A stretch of DNA of 64,000 bases from Vicugna vicugna. Lineage: Eukaryota. Below are positions 35,345-48,149 of the stretch, one piece after another (the first letter of the stretch is position 1; the number at the start of each line of letters is the position of its first letter). The stretch is from the NCBI GenBank assembly GCA_013265495.1, contig MU057989.1, forward strand, positions 1,007,513 to 1,071,512, given 5' to 3'. The notes beneath the pieces were generated by a model. It had not been told where the DNA came from, made no database searches, and saw nothing but the letters and a program-made list of their open reading frames with translations. The position numbers were made by a program, and so were the translations under genes.

Positions 35345-38300
35345 TTCTGGAATAGCAAATGAGAAGTTTTGCAAAACTTCTCCTCAAAATGCAATGAAAA
35401 GAACTGGACAAATCTGTCAAAAGCAACCATTTCAGGAATGGAAATCAACCGAAGGCATATAACAAATCGAGAAGTATGCATTCAAAAAGACCTACAGAAC
35501 CTTGCGTTACAGCAGTGGCAGTTGGTGGCATTTTGGCCTGGGGTGCTCCCACCCCTCACCCCAGCTCCACCGCGGTGCTGGGTCCACCAGGGCAGGACAA
35601 GCTGTGAAAACTGGTGGCTCTGCTGCTGGAGGGGATGACTGGATATGGAGTAGAGCACGTGCCCAGGGGTGTTATAAACAATAGCGATCATAGAAAATTA
35701 TACAAGGGCAACATCTCAGATAGCCTTAGGCTGCAGTACTGGCTGGGGTAAGCAAAAGACCGGCAGATTAGCCAAAAATATATTAGGTAGATCTGAAAAA
35801 TAAGAGAGCCACAGCAGGCCAGGATAAGCTCCCACATGTCCCCGGTGTCCTGACGGGGTGCACACATGCAGGAGACACTGGAGCAAGCCCTAGTTATCTA
35901 CTTTATCTCGATAAAGAGACACTCAGAGAATCTGTTGCTAGCAGACCTGCCTTACCAAAAATACTAAAGGAAGTCCTTCAGGCTGAAACTCAACACCAGA
36001 TGGTAACCTGAATCCACGCAAAGAAAACAAGAGCACTAGTAATGGTAATTACATAGGTAAATATAAAAGAGAGTTATAAATATTTTGTCTCTTTTACAGG
36101 TAACTGATTTAAAAGACATGCACATAAAACAATACCTATAGACCCTTATTATAGGGCTCATAACCCAATTACATAAAGATATAATACATATGACAAAACC
36201 ACAAAGGAGGGAGGAGGAGAGATTTAATGGAGCAAAGTTTCTATATCTTATTGGAAATGAGTTAGTATTAATCTAAAGTAGACCATGATGAGATGCATAC
36301 GGCAATCTCTAACCATAACTCAAGAAAAAATTTTATTAAAAACTCAACAAATGAATTACAACAGAACCCTAGAAAATATCTATTTAACACAAAAGAAGAC
36401 AGTAAGAAGCAACAGAGGAACAAAAAAAGACATGAGACAGAGAAAATATCAAAACGGCAGAAGTAATCTTACCATACCAATAAATACATTAAGTGGATTA
36501 AACACTCCAATTAAAGGAATAGTCTGTCACACTGGGTAAAACATCAAAATGAGGCAACAAAGACTTACTGTATAGCACAAGGAATTTTATCTAATATCCT
36601 GTAATAACCTATAATAGAATATAATCTGCAAAAAACCCTGAATCGTTATGCTGTACACCTGAAACTAATGCAATACTGTAAATCAACTATACTTCAATAA
36701 AAAATATATTAAAATTTTTAAAAATTGTAAATAAAAATTAAAAAACAAGATCCAAACAATGTTGGCTACAAAAGACATAAATAGGGTGAAAGTAAAAGTA
36801 TGGAAAAAGATATACTATGCAAATAAAACTGTCAGAAAACTGCAGCAGCTATCCTAATACTAGACAAACTTTCAGACAAAAAATGTATTAGACAAAAACA
36901 AAAATTTTATAATGATAAAAAGGTCAATTCATTAGGAAATATAATAATCATATACACATAAACACTCAACAACAGAACCCTAAAATACATAGAGCAAAAA
37001 CTGACAGAACTGAAGGGAGAAATAACAACTCAAAATAATATTTTTTTTTCTAATGGAAGTACTAGGAACTGAACCCAGGACCCTGTGCAAGTTAAGCACG
37101 TGCTCCACCACTGAGCTATATACCCACTCCCTCAAAATAATATTCTAATTGCTGTAACAACTGAGCAGAAAATTAGTAAAGATATATAAGGCTTGAACAA
37201 CCAACTTGACCCGACATCTACAGAACATTTTCAGCAACAATAGTAGAATACACATTATTTTCAAGTGCACATGTCACATTCTCCAGGGCAGACAATAGGC
37301 TTGGCCAAAAAACAAGTGTCAATACATTTTAAAGCATTAAAATAATGTAAAATATGTTGTCTACCACAATGTAATTAAACTGGAAATCAAGAACAGAAAG
37401 AAATTTGGGGGAGGGAGACTCAAATATTTGGAAATTAGAAAACACGTCTAAATAATTCAAGAGTCAAAAAAGAAGTCACTTCAAACTGACTGAAAATAAA
37501 AACACAGCAGATCAAAATTATGGGATACAGCCATGGAAAGTACTGAGAGGGAAATTTATAAATTTTATAAAAAGTCTGTAGGAAAAAAAGGGAAGTCTTA
37601 AGTCAATAACCAAAGCTTCCACCATAAGAAATGAGAAAAAGAAGAACAAATTAAAACCAAAAGAAGCAGAAGAAAGGCAATAATAAATATTGAGTAGAAA
37701 TAAATGAATTTTTTTAAAAAAAAGAGAAAATCAATGAAACCAAAAGTTCATTCTTTGATCAGGAACAAGGCAAGGATGTCCATTCTCACCATTTCCAGTC
37801 AACACTGTACTGGACATTCTAGCCAGTGCAATATGGCAGGAAAAGAGAATTTTAAATATACAGATTAGAAAGGAAGAAGCTGAACTGTCCTTCTTCACAT
37901 ATGACATGATCCTGTATATAGAAAATCCTAACGAGTCTACAAAAATAACCTACTAAAATATGTGAGTTTTAGCAAGTTCAGAAGATACACGATCAATGTC
38001 TGAAAATCAACTGTATTTCTATATGCCAGCAATGAACAACCCCAAAAGTGAAATTAAGAAATAATTCAATTCATAACAGCATTAAAATTAATAAATATTA
38101 GCAATAAATTTAATAAAAGAAGTGCAAATATATATACTACTGTTGAGATATTAAATAACATCTAAGTTAAGTGGAAGGAGATAGATACCGTGTTCTTAGA
38201 TTGGAGGACTCAATGTTGTTAAGACGGTGTTTCTTCCCAAACAGAGCTACAGATTCAACACAATCCAGTTAAGTTTTTCATAGAAACTGACAAGAATGGC

Positions 38301-38400
38301 TATGAGTAGATAACTGATTGCATCTGAGTTACGGCTGCTTGACAGTACATTATATTATTGTCTTCGCTTTTGTTATGTTTGAAATTACCCATAATATAAT
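35345..38400 (+). mobile_element. Fragmented old LINE-1 (5' region, ORF1 end, ORF2 pieces) with nested younger insertions
   Basis: gcagacctgccttaccaaaaatactaaaggaagtccttcaggctgaa (ORF1 end); taagtggattaaacactccaattaaa (ORF2 start); caggaacaaggcaaggatgtccattctcacc (RT). A lineage L1 3' tip is nested at about 36555-36745. Confidence 0.85.
37043..37130 (-). mobile_element. tRNA-derived camelid SINE (vic-1-like, short form) with 14-bp TSD
   Basis: Reverse complement ggagtgggtatatagctcagtggtggagcacgtgcttaacttgcacagggtcctgggttcagttcctagtacttcc plus A tail (A and B boxes); TSD ctcaaaataatatt at 37029-37042 and 37131-37144. Confidence 0.88.
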
Positions 38401-38427
38401 GTTTTTTGTTTGTTTTAAAAAATTAGT

Positions 38428-38516
38428 AGAGCTCCTTTCTGTTTGCTAGATGGGATGCTGCCCGATTCATTAATTGTTGAATAAAGTCAGTAAGAGCTTT
38501 AAAACTGAAAAAAAAA
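38428..38516 (+). mobile_element. Short ERV1-LTR-like (MER34-related) fragment ending in AATAAA and an A9 run
   Basis: gctcctttctgtttgctagatgggatgctgcccgattcattaattgttgaataaagtcagtaagagctttaaaactg-aaaaaaaaa; family assignment is from recall. Confidence 0.55.
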
Positions 38517-41029
38517 TTTTTTTCAACTATTTCAAGGGCTGCCGTAATACTTCTCACTCTTGATCCTCTTGCTTACAATGGCTCACCTATAGGTTGCTCT
38601 TTGCTCCAAGTCCACTCAGTACACGTGGCAAGTGGATGTGTGGGTGGGGAAAACTAAGAGAACAAATACACAGAGTGACAAAGGAAGAATAAGTGAAAGG
38701 TTATAAGCATTAGCTACAGTGTTCCTGTACAGTCTAGTCCGTCACCAGGCTTAAATTTCTGGCAGCTTACAACCACTCCACAAACTGCACATGTCAATCT
38801 CTAATGACCCACGTGACAGACTGGAAGCTACTGAAGTTTGTTACAGAATGCCCCTCTATTGTTATGTTAATTGCACAGTAATTTACTTGGATCTGGGCTA
38901 AGTACAAATTAGTGGTGCTGTAAGATCAAAGCACCCAGGGCTTTAAAGTTGCCATCTTCACTACGCTGCCCCACCCCATCCTGTCTGGAACACCTGCACA
39001 TTCCTTTCACTTTCTATTCCCAAGTGCACACTATAAAGCTGCCTGAAAGGGAAAGTAGGCTGTGTTTTAGTTTCCTCTCAAATATTTGGTGCTTTCCAAT
39101 TTTCTTTCTTTCTTCCCTAATGGAATAATACTTTACATTTGTAAAGCATTATTCACCTTCTCTTAAGATCCTTACAACATCACCACAACATAGATAGGAG
39201 GGGTATTAAATCTGAAATAATGGTCAAAGTCCAATGTCACATCCAGCATCCAGCCTCCCATCCAGGCCCACGACTTTAACAAGTGGGACGTGTTTTCTAC
39301 TTCCTGCTGCTGCATCTCAAGGCACAGGGGCACTTCCTAACAACAGATAAGGGGGCCTGTCTTAAGGATGGGTAAGAATTTGCCTGAGTAGTCTGTGATG
39401 AGCAATTGGGAAGTCCTATCTACAGCTCATCATGGGCCCATCCCCTCAAATATACAATCCTGAAGTGTTAAAAGTATTAAATAGTTCTAAAACATACTAC
39501 CCCATAAATCTTTTCTCTGGCAAAAACACACTTGGTGTTCTCATTTTGATCTACTACTACAAACTTCCCCCTACTCCTTGACTATGTTTTAATTTTCTCT
39601 CTTCTCTCCCTAGTCTAGAGCAACAATTTTACTTTTTAATGAGGCAGATCACATGCCCAAAAACATCTCCATAAGACCCATAAAAATGTATCACTTGTTA
39701 GTGTAACAAATAAATCATTTCAAAAACTTAGCTTTAGATAGGAGTAATTTCAAAATGCCCAGTTAAACATAACCTTGTCCATCTCAATTTTCTCATTTAC
39801 ATACAATTCAAAGAAAGGATCTGATTTTCCATAAATTTCCATTCTCTTTAGACACAGGAAAGATTCTTTGTTACATCAAAACAAATGCGACTTTACTATT
39901 CTATTTCCTCATCTATTTTACAATTAAACCGAAAATCATCATCTAACTCAGAATTAGAGAAAACTGCTACTGAAGCCCAGCTTTTATGAAAAAGAGTTTT
40001 AAGAAATGACATTAGAACAATGGGCGGGAGAAGAGAGGATGAGAAAAATATGCATCCCAAGTTAGAAACATGAACTCCTGCTCAAAGTACAGGTTTTTTA
40101 AAAAGTGGATTTACAAAAAAGATTGAAATAATATGAATGACCAACATTATTTCACAAGCATAATAAAATACTAATTTTTAAAATCCTTCTTCTCGTACTA
40201 TGGCTATTTTTGTGTTGGCCAAGCAAGTCACTTCCTCTCCCCAGGCTTCTAACAATGAACATAATCTGACAGCATTATACACACCACAACTGCACTGCAG
40301 ACCAAGACGGTTCTGGGTCAAACCCAAGACTTATGGTTCAAATCAGGATAATTATCAAATTAAGATAGTTCTGGCTCAACTGAGTCATCTTGCACAGGCG
40401 GCTGAGTCAATTTCAAGGCTAAATGCCTGCTCTGGGGTAACCCCGCACATCCCAGGCGGCTGTATTTTCAGGTCTGTCCTAAACAGAACTGGACCCTCAG
40501 AGGAGTTCCAAAACCAACACAGCCTCCACGTGACCCTCAGGAGCAGGTTAAGTCAGGGTCCACGATGAACAAGAGGATAGGATTTCTGTCACCAGAAGTG
40601 AGCTGTCAGCTCCCTAGACACACTCGCCCTGTGAGCTAATGTATGCATGTATATCTTCACTAAGTGGGCAGAATCAAACCTCTGAACCTGTTTTCCATGA
40701 CTGAACTAACTCTACAGTTACACCTTTGAGAAACTGATTCCTTCTTTAAATAAGCTAGACGAGAAAAAAGTAGCAGGAACAGTTTCTTATTCTTTCATTT
40801 GTGAGATCTGAAGGTCTTTAAATAAGAATTTGTCTGTATTTGAGGGAAAAATGTCTTTGAATATTATGATTTATAATTCAAGCAGCTGAAGGAGTAAAGG
40901 ACACATAGAACATGGTACTTTCACACCAGGACAAGTGCACATCTGATCTGTGCCCAGCCAGGGTTTATTCAGCATTCCCTTTTCCTCACCTACATGACTT
41001 CAAGATGTATTTCTGCCCGTAAGGATAAC

Positions 41030-41840
41030 TTATATAATTTTTAAAATTTTTAATAGTTTCTTTTTGCTAATAAAAGTAATATAAGTCTGTATTAGGGGAA
41101 AAAAACTGAAAAAGAACAAAATTAGAAGTTCCTCTAATCCCACCCTAATGACAACCACTATTTATAGATTTATGTGTATCCTTTAATGCATATCATCATT
41201 TCTGTGTCTACAAACTCCCAAATACATCTTTTGGGGGGAGAGTATAGCTCAAGTGGTAGAGCATATGCTTAGCGTGCACAAGGTCCTGGATTTGCTCCCC
41301 AGTACCTCCTCTAAAAGTAAATAAATAAACCTAATTACCTCCCTCCACCAAAAAAACAACATCAAATACATCCTTTTATGGAAAATGAAATCATGTTTCA
41401 TAGTCATTTGTTTTTTTCGATTAACAACTGATGACAGCCTTTTGCCCATGTTGGCACACACAGATCTACCACTTCCATACAAATACGGACAAGTATTCCA
41501 CTATGTGGCTAGACTGACTGTGATTTACACTTGATAGAAACTCAAGTGATTTCTAGTCTTCCGTTATTACATAACCAAGATCCTTCTAAATACATCTTTG
41601 CACACTTGCACAAGGATTTCCATACGGTAAATTCCTAAAAGTAGAATGGCATGGTTAAATAGTAAAATTTGGAAAGACATTGCCACATGCTCCCCAAATA
41701 GCTTTTCTCAGTTTGTACTTCCAAACACCAGTAGTGTTTCAGAGCACCTGGTTTTCCTGCCTCCTCACCACAAACAACTATAAACAAATTTCTAAATCTT
41801 TACAAATGAAAGAGATTAACATTTTTAATCATGCTCATTT
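41030..41840 (-). mobile_element. Old L1ME-like fragment (continues at about 42130-42420)
   Basis: catctttgcacacttgcacaaggatttccatacggtaaattcctaaaagtagaatggcatggttaaa...cagtttgtacttccaaacaccag. Confidence 0.65.
41233..41362 (+). mobile_element. tRNA-derived camelid SINE (vic-1-like) with 14-bp TSD, nested in an old minus-strand L1
   Basis: ggggggagagtatagctcaagtggtagagcatatgcttagcgtgcacaaggtcctggatttgctccccagtacctcc...aaataaataaacctaattacctccc; TSD caaatacatctttt (41219-41232) and caaatacatccttt (41363-41376). Confidence 0.9.
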
Positions 41841-41879
41841 CAATCTGCTCTCTCTCGATCACCAGGGAGGTTGTGCATT

Positions 41880-42075
41880 TAGTCTGCCACGTTATCAGCT
41901 ATGTGACCCTGGCAGGTAATTAATCTCTCTATGCCTTCGTTTCCTTGTTTGTAAAATGGGAATAAGACTAATGTCTACCTCCTGGGGGAATTGTGAAGAT
42001 CAAATGAGGAAAGGCTTCTAGGATACTTAGCACAGATCCTGGCACAAAGCAGGAATTCAACAAAGGTTTGGTGAA
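41880..42075 (+). mobile_element. MIR SINE
   Basis: cagctatgtgaccctggcaggtaattaatctctctatgccttcgtttccttgtttgtaaaatgggaataa...gtgaagatcaaatgag. Confidence 0.85.
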
Positions 42076-42699
42076 CAGTAAATAAATACCATATTCTATC
42101 AGGTAGACTAACCAGAGTTATTCCAATGATCACCACTGCTGGGAATTTGAGTGCTTTTCAATTTCTGCTATTATCAATTGCATTACAATCCTTGAGTAAA
42201 CAGCTTTGTTTCTTTAGAACTACTTTCTAAGGTTATTCTCCCAAGATTTAGAGTGTTATAGTTCTTGATTCCAATCTTGAGGAAAGTAAACTAGTAACAG
42301 TATGCCACCCACCAGGTTTTATGAGTTTTTTTACGATTTAAGAAGTAAATAATGGTGCTTCTTTTTATTTGTACTCTTTAAATTGCTAAAAGGATATACA
42401 TTTTCCATATTGTTTCATTAGTCACAGTTTGGAAGATAAACTTAAGCAGTTATAATTTTCATGTATATGTGTCTCCAAATTATGACTTAAAAAAGCACTT
42501 CTTTTACAAATAGTAACTGAAAATTGCGTATCATATATTTATAAATAAACACACATTTTATTTCTATATTTCTAATATGTAACTTTTCTCTACCAGTAAA
42601 AAAAAAGACACAAATAAAAAATTTAAATAACATTATCTTATAAATCTTATCTAATTTCTGAGCTTAACTTAATTACTGAAAAATAACCAAAGAGAAGTT

Positions 42700-44420
42700 G
42701 CTTTTTTTTTAAAGAGCTAGAAAGAGTGTCATCTCATCTTAATAAAAACTAAAATCAAGATAAACTATAAATCACAACTTTTCTTGAATCAAACAAAGAG
42801 GAAAGGCCATAAAGCAACCAAGGAGCCTAAAGTCCTAGATCCCTCTCACACATAGAGAGAAAGGACACATGGATTGTCCCAATAGTGGCAGAGCCCAAAA
42901 GACATGCCTACCATACAAATGAGACCTACTGTAACAGGTGGACAATGTGCATGAACTGAAAATTACAGTAGACAGGTGGAAAACATGAGAAAGGGTCAAG
43001 TGGAAATTATAGAAATAAAAGTACAGTATCAGAGACAGTACCAGAGACGCACTCACCACTGCTGAGGTAAAAATCAGTGAAGTTGAGAAAAGGCCAACAG
43101 AATCAGAAGAAATAAAAAATGAAACGAAATATTTGAAGAGATAATAGCCAAGAATTTGTCAAACATAATAAAAGAAATCAAACCACAGATCCAAGAAGCA
43201 TAGGGGACCCTAAGCAAGAAAAAAACTAAAATCACATCATGTCCAAATTGCTGAAAACTAAAAATAAGGAGAAAGTCTTAAGAGCTACCAATGTTAGGGT
43301 AGGAAATGGGGAGACAGACTACTGTAAACACACTGATTTCAGAGAAATTTCAGTGTTTTCAGAGAAACAGAGAAGAATCACAGCAGACTTCTCATCAGAA
43401 ATGATACAAGCTAGAAGACTATGGGGTGACAGATTTAAATTACTGAAAGAGAAAGATTCAACTCAAAATCCCATACCCTGAAAATATGTATTTTAAAAAT
43501 TAATGTGGAATAAACACCTTTTCAGACAAACAAAAGCCAAGAGGATTCATTCCCAGAAGACATGAGGCACAAGAAATGTTAAAGGAAGTTCTTCAGTCAG
43601 AAGATGAAAGAACAGACTCACAGACATAGAAAACAAATTTATGGTTACCAGGGGGCTAGGGGGTGGGAAGGGTTAAATTAAGAGTTCAAGATTTGCAGAT
43701 ACTAACTACTATGTATAAAATAGATAAACAAGTTTATACTGTACAGCAGAGGGGGTATATTCAATATCTCTCGGTAACCTATAATGAAAAAGAATATGAA
43801 AAGGAATATATGCATGACTGAAATAGGCTGCACATCAGAAATTGACACAACATTGTAAACTGACTATACTTCAACTAAAAAAATTTTTTTTAATTTTTTT
43901 AAAAGAAGATGAAAGAACAGAAAGAAAACTAGATCTACACAAGAAACTAAGAGTTCCTGAACTGGTTTTAAAAAGAAGAAAATCAGTACAAAATAAGTTA
44001 AAACAAAATTTAAAATTCAGTTCATCAATCACAATTAGTCACTTTTCAAGGACTCAGTAGTCACATGTAGCTGGTGGCTACCACACTGAAAATTGCAGAT
44101 ATGAATATCTCTGTTACTGCAGAAAGTTCAATTGGACAACACTGCTCTAAAAGGTAATTTACCATCTAAAGCAAAAATAACAAGAATATATTATGGGGTT
44201 TATAACATATATAAAATATAGTTATGATAATCAGAGCATTAAACATTCTTACAAGGTTCTTACACAGTGGATCAAGTGGTACAATATTTAAGGCAGACTG
44301 TGGTAAGTTAAAGATGTACACTGTAAACTTGCGCAGTCACTAAAATAGGTTAGGAAAAGAGACACAACCAGTAAGTTAATAGAGGAGACAAAGGTAAAAT
44401 CAGAAAAATATTCAGAATAA
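42700..44420 (+). mobile_element. Old LINE-1 5'/ORF1 fragment with nested insertions
   Basis: ORF1 remnant KLLKTKNKEKVLRA...RITADFSSEMIQARRLWGDRFKLLKEK (43239-43481); a MER3/MER33-like piece is nested at about 43995-44146. Confidence 0.85.
43617..43903 (+). mobile_element. Young lineage LINE-1 3'UTR fragment with 18-bp flanking direct repeat
   Basis: agaagatgaaagaacaga at 43599-43616 and 43904-43921; ctcacagacatagaaaacaaatttatggttacc...gactatacttcaactaaaaa. Confidence 0.92.
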
Positions 44421-45599
44421 TACCTGTTATCAAAAGCCAGATTATACACCTAAGAATGCTGAAATTTAGTGTATGTAAATTATGCCTCACTAAACCTGAC
44501 TTTTTTATTTTTAATGAGCGAGAAAAAAATAACCAAGGAGTCTTTGTCTTGATAAATTAGTTAATTGTGGTCCCACAACAAAAATATAAAACTTAGCATT
44601 TATTTCACTATGTGTACAGAATCGTTTTATATTTGAAAAGTTCTGGGCTGTCTCAGTGACTGCAAAGTTCCCAAGAAATGTTCAAATACAGGTTTCTCTT
44701 GACAGTAATCACACAGCTTATAAGCAATAAAGCTAGGATGCAATTTAAGTTCAGATTCGTCTAACTCTAAAGTCCATCCTTTTAGTCACACTAAATCCAA
44801 CAGGATTCTGAATTTGACAAGTTTATGAATTAGGTCACAATGCATTTAAGAACCTGCTCTTGCTAAACAGGGCAGGGGTCTTACACGATTCTTTGCCTCC
44901 ATATTGGCATTGAGGGTGCCTGTGTGATAAGCACTTTGCCAAACATAATGCTTCTGGTGCACTAGCCATCCTAACGGGGTGCCCAGCTGTCAGGTGAACA
45001 AACAAGACACAAGACTGGGAACAGACTAATCAATGCAGGGACCATGGGTAACTACTGTCACACATTCACCAGTTGCTGGACAACTGTCTCCCAGACACAG
45101 AGGGAGGTACCTTCCCCACCAGGAGCGGGTGCAGATCCTAGCCTCTTGCATCCTCCCTCTTATTCAAGGACATGAGAAGAAAATGTCCAGGGAGACTGTC
45201 TACAGAAAGGAAGGTTAAAAAATTATAGACGAAAAAGAAAAGTTAAATATTTCTTTGTGTGGAAAATCCAAAAGGTTATTTTGAAACTAACAAAAACTTT
45301 AAGTAAAACCATTAAATTTTAAGAAATCATTTTATGTAGAATATCGAATAAGTGAGCTACGAGACTGCACTGCCAATGTTGAGAAGTGTACAAAGAGGCA
45401 CTTATTTTATTATTATTTATGCAGCTTAAAGAAAACAAAGAATGATGATATTTTGAGTACTATTAATATTCATTTTTAGCCCCTTGTTTTAATCCCTATA
45501 TTATTATTTTAAATCCCAGATGATTATTAATTTATGATAGAAGTGATGAAGGAAAATGGATGTATTTACAACAAATTTACTTCTCTGAAAGCATGCACT

Positions 45600-45975
45600 C
45601 CATGAACACAGAAGTACTGAGTACCTGCTACCTACCATACACCAGAAATACAAAAATGTAAGCTGTGTCCCCAGCAGCCCACAGCCCAGTGAAGGGAAGG
45701 GACAACTCCAACGAATGGTCAAAGCAACAGGAACTAAATACAGGTTTAGAATTATCCTGAGTGAATGCAGAGACAAGAATCCCACTCTGCCTGGGGGCTT
45801 AGGAAAGGCTTCACAACAGAGAAGAGATGAGAGCTGGTTCTTAGAAGGTGAGCAGAGGCTCAACAGAGAAAGATACATGGCTAATGAGAGAGCCCAGCCT
45901 ATTGAGGAGAAGCAGCATTTTTGGAGAAAGTGGCCAATTCTGGAAAAGATGGTTGCAGTCCCATCATGCTGAAAT
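45600..45975 (-). mobile_element. L2 fragment
   Basis: tactgagtacctgcta...cccactctgcctgggggcttaggaaaggcttcacaacagaga...gagctggttcttagaagg. Confidence 0.65.
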
Positions 45976-45994
45976 GCATTGGTGTTATTTCTTT

Positions 45995-46192
45995 TTTTTT
46001 TTAACATTTTTTCATTGAGTTATAGACATTTTACAATGTTGTATCAAATTCCAGCGTACAGCACAATTTTCCAGTTCTACATGAACATATATATATTCAT
46101 TGTCACATTTTTTTTCGCTGTGAGCTACCACAAGATCTTGTATATATTTCCCTGTGCTATACAGTATAATCTTGCTTGTCTCTTCTACATTT
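45995..46192 (-). mobile_element. Young lineage LINE-1 3' tip with perfect 16-bp TSD
   Basis: TSD ttggtgttatttcttt at 45979-45994 and 46193-46208 (TT/AAAG site on the minus strand); T-run on the left. Confidence 0.88.
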
Positions 46193-46745
46193 TTGGTGTT
46201 ATTTCTTTAAGTGACAGATATACTCCATTAGTGAGAAGAAAAGGAAGACACAAAAGCACTAAGTGATGACAAATCAAAAGCAGAAAAGAATTAGAGCCCA
46301 GGCCCTTGGGTTTATGCTTAGTTGTTCATCTAAGACTTCTCTGCTGGAAAAGCTAATCAGAGCTAAAAAGAGAAATTCTGAAGCCAAATCCAGGATTTAT
46401 GGTGGTAAATCTATAAATCCTCCCACTGAGAAATTTAACAGAATGAGAGACTTTGATTTTGCACGTTTTCTGTCCAAATGACGAGTTCCACTTTTCTACC
46501 TCCGATTTCATCGCTTTACGTAATCTATCGAGCCACACAGAGGGATGAGTGATGTACCCTACAGGTGAGAAATGTGCAAGCTTCCACCTCCATGGTCTAA
46601 GTGGACATTGTGGTAACTGGCAAGGGGTGAGGCACACTGGGGACTTAAGAAGAATATACCTGAAATGGTTACAAGATAGTGAGAAGTGCATCCAACCAGG
46701 AGTTGCAGTCACCAAGCGCCCTCCATCCATTTGATATAAGATGCA

Positions 46746-47394
46746 TTGAAAACCCTCAAGAAAATACTAGCAAATCAACTCCAACAATACATTAAAAGGA
46801 TCTTACACCATGATCAAGTAGGATTTATCCCAGGCATGCAAGGTTTGTTCAATATCCACAAATCAATCAATGTGACACACCACATTAACAAATTGAAGAA
46901 TAAAAACAATATGATTATTTCAATAAATACAGAAAAAGCTTTCGATAAAATTCAACATCCATTTATGATAAAAACTCTCCAGAGTGGGCACAGAGGGAAC
47001 ATACCTCAACATAATAAAAGCCAGATATGACAAACCCACAGCTAACATCATACTCAATGGTGAGAAGCTGAAAGCATTTTTTCTAAGATCAGGAACAAGA
47101 TGAGGATGCCCACTCTTACCACTTTTACTCAACATAGCGTTGGAAATCCTAGCCACAGCAATCAGAGAAGAAAAAGAAATAAAAGGACTCCAAACTGGAA
47201 AAGAAGAAGTAGAACTGTCACTGTCACTGTTTGCAGAGGACATGATCCTATACATAGAAAATCCTTAAGATGCTACCAGAAAACTGCTAGAGCTCATCAA
47301 TGAATTTGGTAAAGTTGCAGGACACAAAATTAATCTACAGAAATCAGCTGTATTTCCATACACTAACAACGAAAAAGCAGAAAAAGAAATTAAA
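46746..47394 (+). mobile_element. Internal LINE-1 ORF2 (RT domain) fragment lacking a 3'UTR, flanked by a 13-bp direct repeat
   Basis: [41 protein letters not shown]...[16 protein letters not shown]; gatataagatgca at 46733-46745 and 47395-47407. Confidence 0.92.
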
Positions 47395-48149
47395 GATATA
47401 AGATGCAGTGACAAATTAAGATGTCCATTAGTAATGCTCCAGAGAGATCCAGACAGTCATAATTAAGAATCAGCCTCTTTTCTGTATGTGCTTTTCATGG
47501 CTAGCATGTGGACAAGCTATTTCAACTGACTAGATTATGGGGTATAAAATGGGGCCCAAATTCAGGGACTTATTCAGGGGAGATACAATTTTATTCAAAA
47601 GTCACTCACATGGGAAACGGCCTGATTATGACTGGATGGAGCAGTACTGCCTGCCTCATTCTGTTCTGATTCCTAAGGCTACCCAAGTGCAGAGGAGAGA
47701 ACCACCCCCAAGGGTAGTTTTGGTTTCTGATCTGCTTATGAGCTCTTTCTGGCTGTGGCAGATCATATACCCTTCCCAAAGGCCTTTAGAAATTAAATGG
47801 CCAGTTTAGCAGCAATGAGCACTAAAGAAATAGCTCAGCATTTCCTTTATAATGATTATTTCCTGTCCTTTACATCACCCTTTCTTTTCTTAGGGAGAGA
47901 ACACACACACACACAGACACACACACACACCCCAGAGTCATACGCTTAAGCAGAAGAAAGGCAAATTTGGGGACTTTACATGTCAGTTCACTAAAAAAGA
48001 AATAAGAGCTATAAAGACTGAAAAAGAAGGGATTTTAAATTTAAATGACTTTCTACCAAGAAAATCTAAGAATATTTGATTTTTTTAATTAGAACAAATA
48101 AGAATTCAATTAAATGGCCAGTTACACAGAGAAATAAATTCATCAGCTT

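Noticed and set aside
41233..41310. tRNA-like sequence (also at 37043-37130)
   Set aside because: Degenerate B box/cloverleaf, A-rich tail and TSDs show these are SINEs, not tRNA genes
46353..46730. 125-aa minus ORF with candidate acceptors
   Set aside because: No recognisable homology and no convincing donor/phase combination
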